This document shows positions 60,566 through 64,000 of a DNA stretch of 64,000 bases, one piece after another. The DNA is from an uncultured Acidimicrobiaceae bacterium (lineage in GTDB: Bacteria; Actinomycetota; Acidimicrobiia; Acidimicrobiales; RAAP-2). How positions within the stretch are numbered: the first letter of the stretch is position 1; the number at the start of each line of letters is the position of its first letter. Location: positions 265,257 to 329,256 of the forward strand of contig CAWBJX010000003.1 in the NCBI GenBank assembly GCA_963789235.1, written 5' to 3'. Below the pieces are notes generated by a model. The model was not told where the DNA came from, ran no database searches, and worked only from the letters and a program-made list of their open reading frames with translations. The translations under genes and the position numbers were made by a program.

Positions 60566-61702
60566 GCCGGGGATCCGCTGCGCCGCCCCAGGGTCACTGC
60601 CGCCTCGCGGTGCATCCGCCCGAAGTTGTAGTAGGCCGCACAGGCTCCCTCCGATGAGACCATGCAGGTGCCGATGGGCGTCTCGGGGGTGCAGGCGGTG
60701 CCGAAGACCTTGCACTCCCACGGCTTGATCACACCCTTGAGCACCTCGCCACACTGGCACGCCTTGGGGTCGGCCACCCGGACGTTGGGGATGGTGTAGC
60801 GCAGCTCGGCGTCGAAGGCCGCGAACTCGGGCCGCAGCTTCAGTCCGCTCTGCGCGATGAAGCCCAGCCCGCGCCACTCGAAGTGGGGGCGCAGCTCGAA
60901 GACCTCGGCCAGCACCGCCAGGGCGCGCGGGTTGCCACTCCTCGCGCACGACCCTCGAGTACTGGTTCTCCACCTCGCAGCGGCCCTCCCGGATCTGGGC
61001 GAGCAGCATGGCGATGGCGTGCAGGATGTCGAGGGGCTCGAAGCCGGCCGTCACCAGCGGCAGCCCGTACTCGGCGGGCACGAAGCGGTAGGGGCGCTGG
61101 CCGACGACCGTGGACACGTGCCCGGGCCCGAGGAACCCGTCGAGGCGCAGGTCGGGGGACTCGAGGATGGCCCGCAGCGGCGGCACGATCGTGACGTGGT
61201 TGGAGAACACGGAGAAATTGGTCACCTCGTGCGCCCGTGCCTCGAGCAGCGTGAGCGCCGTCGACGGCGCCGTGGTCTCGAAGCCCACGGCGAAGAAGAC
61301 GACGGCGCGCTCTGGGTTCTCGGTGGCGATCCGGAGCGCGTCGAGCGGCGAGTAGACGAAGCGGATGTCGGCCCCGTTCGCCTTGGCCTCGAGCAGGTTG
61401 CCCCGGCTGCCCGGCACCCGCATCATGTCCCCGAAGGAGGTGAAGATGACGCCCGGCTCGAGCGAGACCGCGATGGCATCGTCCACGCGTCCCATCGGGA
61501 TCACGCACACCGGGCACCCGGGTCCGTGCACCAGCTCGACGTTGGCGGGCAGGACGTGCTCGATGCCGTGGCGGTAGATGGTGTGCGTGTGCCCGCCGCA
61601 CACCTCCATGAACTTGAACTCGTCGTCACCGGCGAGCCTGGTGATCTGCGCCACCAGCGCTCGCGCGGTCGCCGGGTCCCTGTACTCGTCGACGAAGCGC
61701 AT
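60562..61702 (-). pseudogene. hypD: [NiFe]-hydrogenase maturation protein HypD, one frameshift
   Basis: MRFVDEYRD..., FMEVCGGHTH, GPGCPVCV and GFETTAP are in ORF 58325..61702. The C-terminal third (CQCGEVLKG, TPIGTCMVSSEGACAAYY) is in ORF 60562..60915. Shift at about 60935. Confidence 0.85.
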
Positions 61703-61735
61703 CCGACCGTGCCTGCCTCCCTGCCCGTCGCCCTC

Positions 61736-61969
61736 CTAGGCCACGGGCCGCAGCCTACCGGAGGGAGCCGAGCCACCGAGGATGCCCGCGATGACCTCCG
61801 CTCGCTTCTCGACGAGCTCGCGCGCGATCCCCAGGGCCCCGGCCGCCAGGTCGCGCACCTCCTCGGACGTGTAGATGGTCCGCCACGCCTCCTCGAATTC
61901 GGTCCAGGCATTGGGCCCGGCCCGGCTCCCGAGCGCGTAGCCGATCAGCACTCCCACGATCACTCCCAT
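61736..61969 (-). CDS. Small membrane-anchored protein (YtxH-like), hypothetical
   Basis: 77 aa. N-terminal TM GVIVGVLIGYALG followed by an amphipathic helical region. Its ATG abuts the hypC stop (TGAATG). Confidence 0.4.
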   Translation of the reverse strand: MGVIVGVLIGYALGSRAGPNAWTEFEEAWRTIYTSEEVRDLAAGALGIARELVEKRAEVIAGILGGSAPSGRLRPVA

Positions 61970-62260
61970 TCAGGTACCTCCTGTCTCGCTGGCAATCTTC
62001 GACTCCCAGAACGCATCGAGCTCGTCCTCGTAGGCCTGGCCCATGAGCCGGAGCGAGGCGAGGGCGAGCTCCGCCTCGGCCTCGTCGATCTTGGACATGG
62101 CGAACCCCACGTGGATCAGCACCCAGTCTCCGGGGGCGAGCGGCTCGTCCTCGAGCAAGCCGATGTTGACGACCCTCGTGACACCGGACACGTCGACGCG
62201 CGCCAGGTGCCCGTTGGCTTCGGAGATCTCTTGCAGCTGCCCCGGTATGCCCAGGCACAT
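61970..62260 (-). CDS. hypC: [NiFe]-hydrogenase maturation chaperone HypC/HybG/HupF family
   Basis: 96 aa. Diagnostic N-terminus MCLGIPGQ and GDWVLIHVGFA. GGAGG lies upstream. Confidence 0.85.
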   Translation of the reverse strand: MCLGIPGQLQEISEANGHLARVDVSGVTRVVNIGLLEDEPLAPGDWVLIHVGFAMSKIDEAEAELALASLRLMGQAYEDELDAFWESKIASETGGT

Positions 62261-62276
62261 GGTCGTCCCCCGCCTC

Positions 62277-62828
62277 CTACTCGCCCTGCTCGCCCGGGTC
62301 GCCCGCGTCGTCCCTGACGGCGACGATCTCGACCTTGACGTCGACCTCGGGCTCGACCTTCAACATCAGCACCCTGGGCGGCTGCATCCCGAAGTCGCGG
62401 ATGTCGAAGCGGGACGAGCCGGTCAGGCTGATGGTGCGGTCGTCGAGCCGGCGGATGGTCATGACGTCCTCGTGCGGACGCGACACGCCACGGAACTTCA
62501 CGTCGCCGTTGACCCGGTAGGTCCCGTCGGAGCCGTTCTGCTCCATCTGGCCGAGCACGCCCTCGATCCTCGGGAACTTGTGCGAGTCGATCCGCTTCTG
62601 CAGCTCCCGGTCCTCCATGCGGTTCCCGGACTTCAGGCGGTCGACGGCGAGCGAGAGGTGCCCGCTGGGGCCCGAGCTCAGGTCGACGGTGCCCTCGGGC
62701 CCGAGGTCGAGCTCGACGTAGCCCTCCAGGCCGCTCGTGGCGGAGTGGATGGGGTGCACGTTGGAGCGCGCGTCGATCCAGACCTGGGAGCGCTCGGGGA
62801 CGATGGTGTAGCGGGCCACGGTCGTCAA
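62277..62828 (-). CDS. YceI-like domain protein
   Basis: 183 aa, no signal peptide. YceI-like beta-barrel pattern (YTIVPERSQVWIDARSNVHPIHS...LSLAVDRLKSGN...GDVKFRGVS). The start is TTG 62828 or GTG 62819. Confidence 0.65.
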   Translation of the reverse strand: MTTVARYTIVPERSQVWIDARSNVHPIHSATSGLEGYVELDLGPEGTVDLSSGPSGHLSLAVDRLKSGNRMEDRELQKRIDSHKFPRIEGVLGQMEQNGSDGTYRVNGDVKFRGVSRPHEDVMTIRRLDDRTISLTGSSRFDIRDFGMQPPRVLMLKVEPEVDVKVEIVAVRDDAGDPGEQGE

Positions 62829-62882
62829 CTCCGCCGGGTCAGCGCGAGGAGGGCGACGAACACCCGGCCAACGATATGCACA

Positions 62883-62987
62883 TCACATCTCCCGCATCTT
62901 GAGGTAGCGGGCGATGTCGGGCAGCGACCTGATCACGAGGCCGGCGACGGCGGCCAGGAGCAACGAGGCGATCATGCGGCGGATCAT
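62883..62987 (-). CDS. 34-codon single-TM peptide, translationally coupled to the endopeptidase gene
   Basis: MIRRMIASLLLAAVAGLVIRSLPDIARYLKMREM. Its ATG overlaps the endopeptidase stop (ATGA). Confidence 0.45.
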   Translation of the reverse strand: MIRRMIASLLLAAVAGLVIRSLPDIARYLKMREM

Positions 62988-63505
62988 GGGTGGATTCCCC
63001 TTTCGGCTGGATGGGCGGCATCGGTCAGGAGCTGGAGGCACAGGTCGACGGCGCCCTCGAGGGCGCCCTCGACGGCGGGCGAGAGGTCCATGCCCTCGTC
63101 GAGCACGGCCGGTTGGCATCCCACGATGAGGATGCGGTCGACGGAGCCCCCGAGGCGGGCCAGCGTGGCCAGCACGACGTCGGGGCTCATCGTGTGCGCG
63201 TCCAGCGCCGGGAGGTCCGGTCCGTCCGGGCCCGGCCGGGGGCCCCCGGGGCACGCGGGCTCGATCACCGCGAGGGTCCCGGGCGGCTCGCCCATCGGGA
63301 CGGCGTCGACCAGGATCAAGGTGTCGTACCCGTCGAGCAGCTCGTAGGCGAGATGGATCCCGCGGATCCCGAAGTCCTCGACCCGCACGCCGTGGGGGAG
63401 CGCCCGCCGCGAGAGGCGCTGGGACACCTCGACACCGAACGCGTCGTCGGAGAGGAACAGGTTGCCGATGCCGGCCACCAGGGTGTGGGCGCGGCCCGCC
63501 GTCAC
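62984..63505 (-). CDS. [NiFe]-hydrogenase maturation endopeptidase (HupD/HyaD/HybD family)
   Basis: 173 aa. Motifs GIGNLFLSDDAFG, LILVDAV, DAHTMSP. GTG start overlaps the upstream stop (GTGA). Confidence 0.85.
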   Translation of the reverse strand: MTAGRAHTLVAGIGNLFLSDDAFGVEVSQRLSRRALPHGVRVEDFGIRGIHLAYELLDGYDTLILVDAVPMGEPPGTLAVIEPACPGGPRPGPDGPDLPALDAHTMSPDVVLATLARLGGSVDRILIVGCQPAVLDEGMDLSPAVEGALEGAVDLCLQLLTDAAHPAERGIHP

Positions 63506-63990
63506 GACGTCTCCCCCCGGTCGTCGAGCGGCTCCACCTCGTCGGGGTGGAAGTACAGATAGCGGCCCTGCCAGACGAGCTCACCGGCGGTGGGGTCGTC
63601 GTCGAGCGTGACGGCCAGGTGGAGCCCGCCGTCGACGTCGCCGAAGACCCCGGCCACCGTGGCGCGTTGCCCGTCGAGGAACATGTCCTGCGCGTCGGAC
63701 CGGCCCGAGGGGTGGAGGCGGACCGGAGAGCCCTGCCCGAGCTCGACGCCGTCCACGCGCGCGGTGTCGCTCCAGGGGTCGACCGAGGCGTCGACGGCGG
63801 GGTCCCACCAGGGCCCGGGCCCCTCGCCGTGGGGCGTGGTCAGCGTGACCCACCCCGGCTGCACGGGGCGCATCTCCCCGTGCAGCCGGCCCATCGCCTC
63901 GGGTGAGAGGGAGTCGCAGCGCTCGATGATGGCGGCGGCGCGTGGATCGGTGCCGCGGGCCTCGGCCTTCTCCGCGTCGGTGAGGGTCAT
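63502..63990 (-). CDS. Conserved hypothetical protein of the hydrogenase cluster
   Basis: About 162 aa (MTLTDAEKAEARG...WQGRYLYFHPDEVEPL). The start region GTGATGA suggests overlap with the stop of a further upstream gene lying beyond the window edge. Confidence 0.5.
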   Translation of the reverse strand: MTLTDAEKAEARGTDPRAAAIIERCDSLSPEAMGRLHGEMRPVQPGWVTLTTPHGEGPGPWWDPAVDASVDPWSDTARVDGVELGQGSPVRLHPSGRSDAQDMFLDGQRATVAGVFGDVDGGLHLAVTLDDDPTAGELVWQGRYLYFHPDEVEPLDDRGETS

Positions 63991-64000
63991 CACGCGCAGG

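Noticed and set aside
58325-61702. Single 1125-aa ORF suggesting a HypD-HypF fusion protein
   Set aside because: The long ORF arises from frameshifts. The HypD C-terminus with its own stop (60562) and the HypF ATG (60565, ATGA overlap) are visible in the other frames.

Overview
Very GC-rich, gene-dense chromosomal segment with an Actinomycetota-like gene repertoire (F420/LLM oxidoreductase, DinB, many GTG/TTG starts, 1-4 nt overlapping start/stop junctions). I saw no transposase, integrase, phage gene or CRISPR array. Left part (1-14.3 kb): a Liv-type ABC transporter (permease/ATPase fusion, second ATPase, binding protein), two thiolase-DUF35 pairs, acyl-CoA dehydrogenase, tRNA-Lys(CTT), acetyl-CoA synthetase, a B12-binding HTH regulator and a MaoC hydratase pair. 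Middle (14.4-55.6 kb): stress and housekeeping genes (msrA, PPK2, DEAD-box helicase, aldehyde dehydrogenase), a LipJ-like cyclase next to a membrane protein and a cNMP-binding protein, a Tat-lipoprotein arylsulfotransferase, GH20 plus a tandem-GNAT protein, a secreted protein built from two repeat arrays, orphan HyuB followed by an HMG-CoA-synthase-like/DUF35 fusion, thiolase and ACAD, a pair of secreted propeller-type proteins, and a block of small-molecule lyase, aldolase and dehydrogenase genes. Right end (55.6-64 kb, minus strand, continues past the window): a [NiFe]-hydrogenase maturation cluster (hypE, hypF, hypD, hypC, endopeptidase) interleaved with non-canonical members: two SIS-domain genes, one of them fused to a HypC/HupF-like segment, a YceI-like gene, a 34-codon membrane peptide and conserved unknowns. 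The main caveat is that 16 otherwise well-conserved genes are interrupted by roughly three dozen frameshifts (my approximate count from frame tracing). These are strongly clustered, so this is either an indel-rich consensus or real gene decay. Such genes are listed as pseudogene over their full span. No single feature is clearly a new system. The best candidates for follow-up are the non-canonical hydrogenase-cluster genes, the two-array repeat protein and a stand-alone short transcription unit at about 29.0-29.5 kb.
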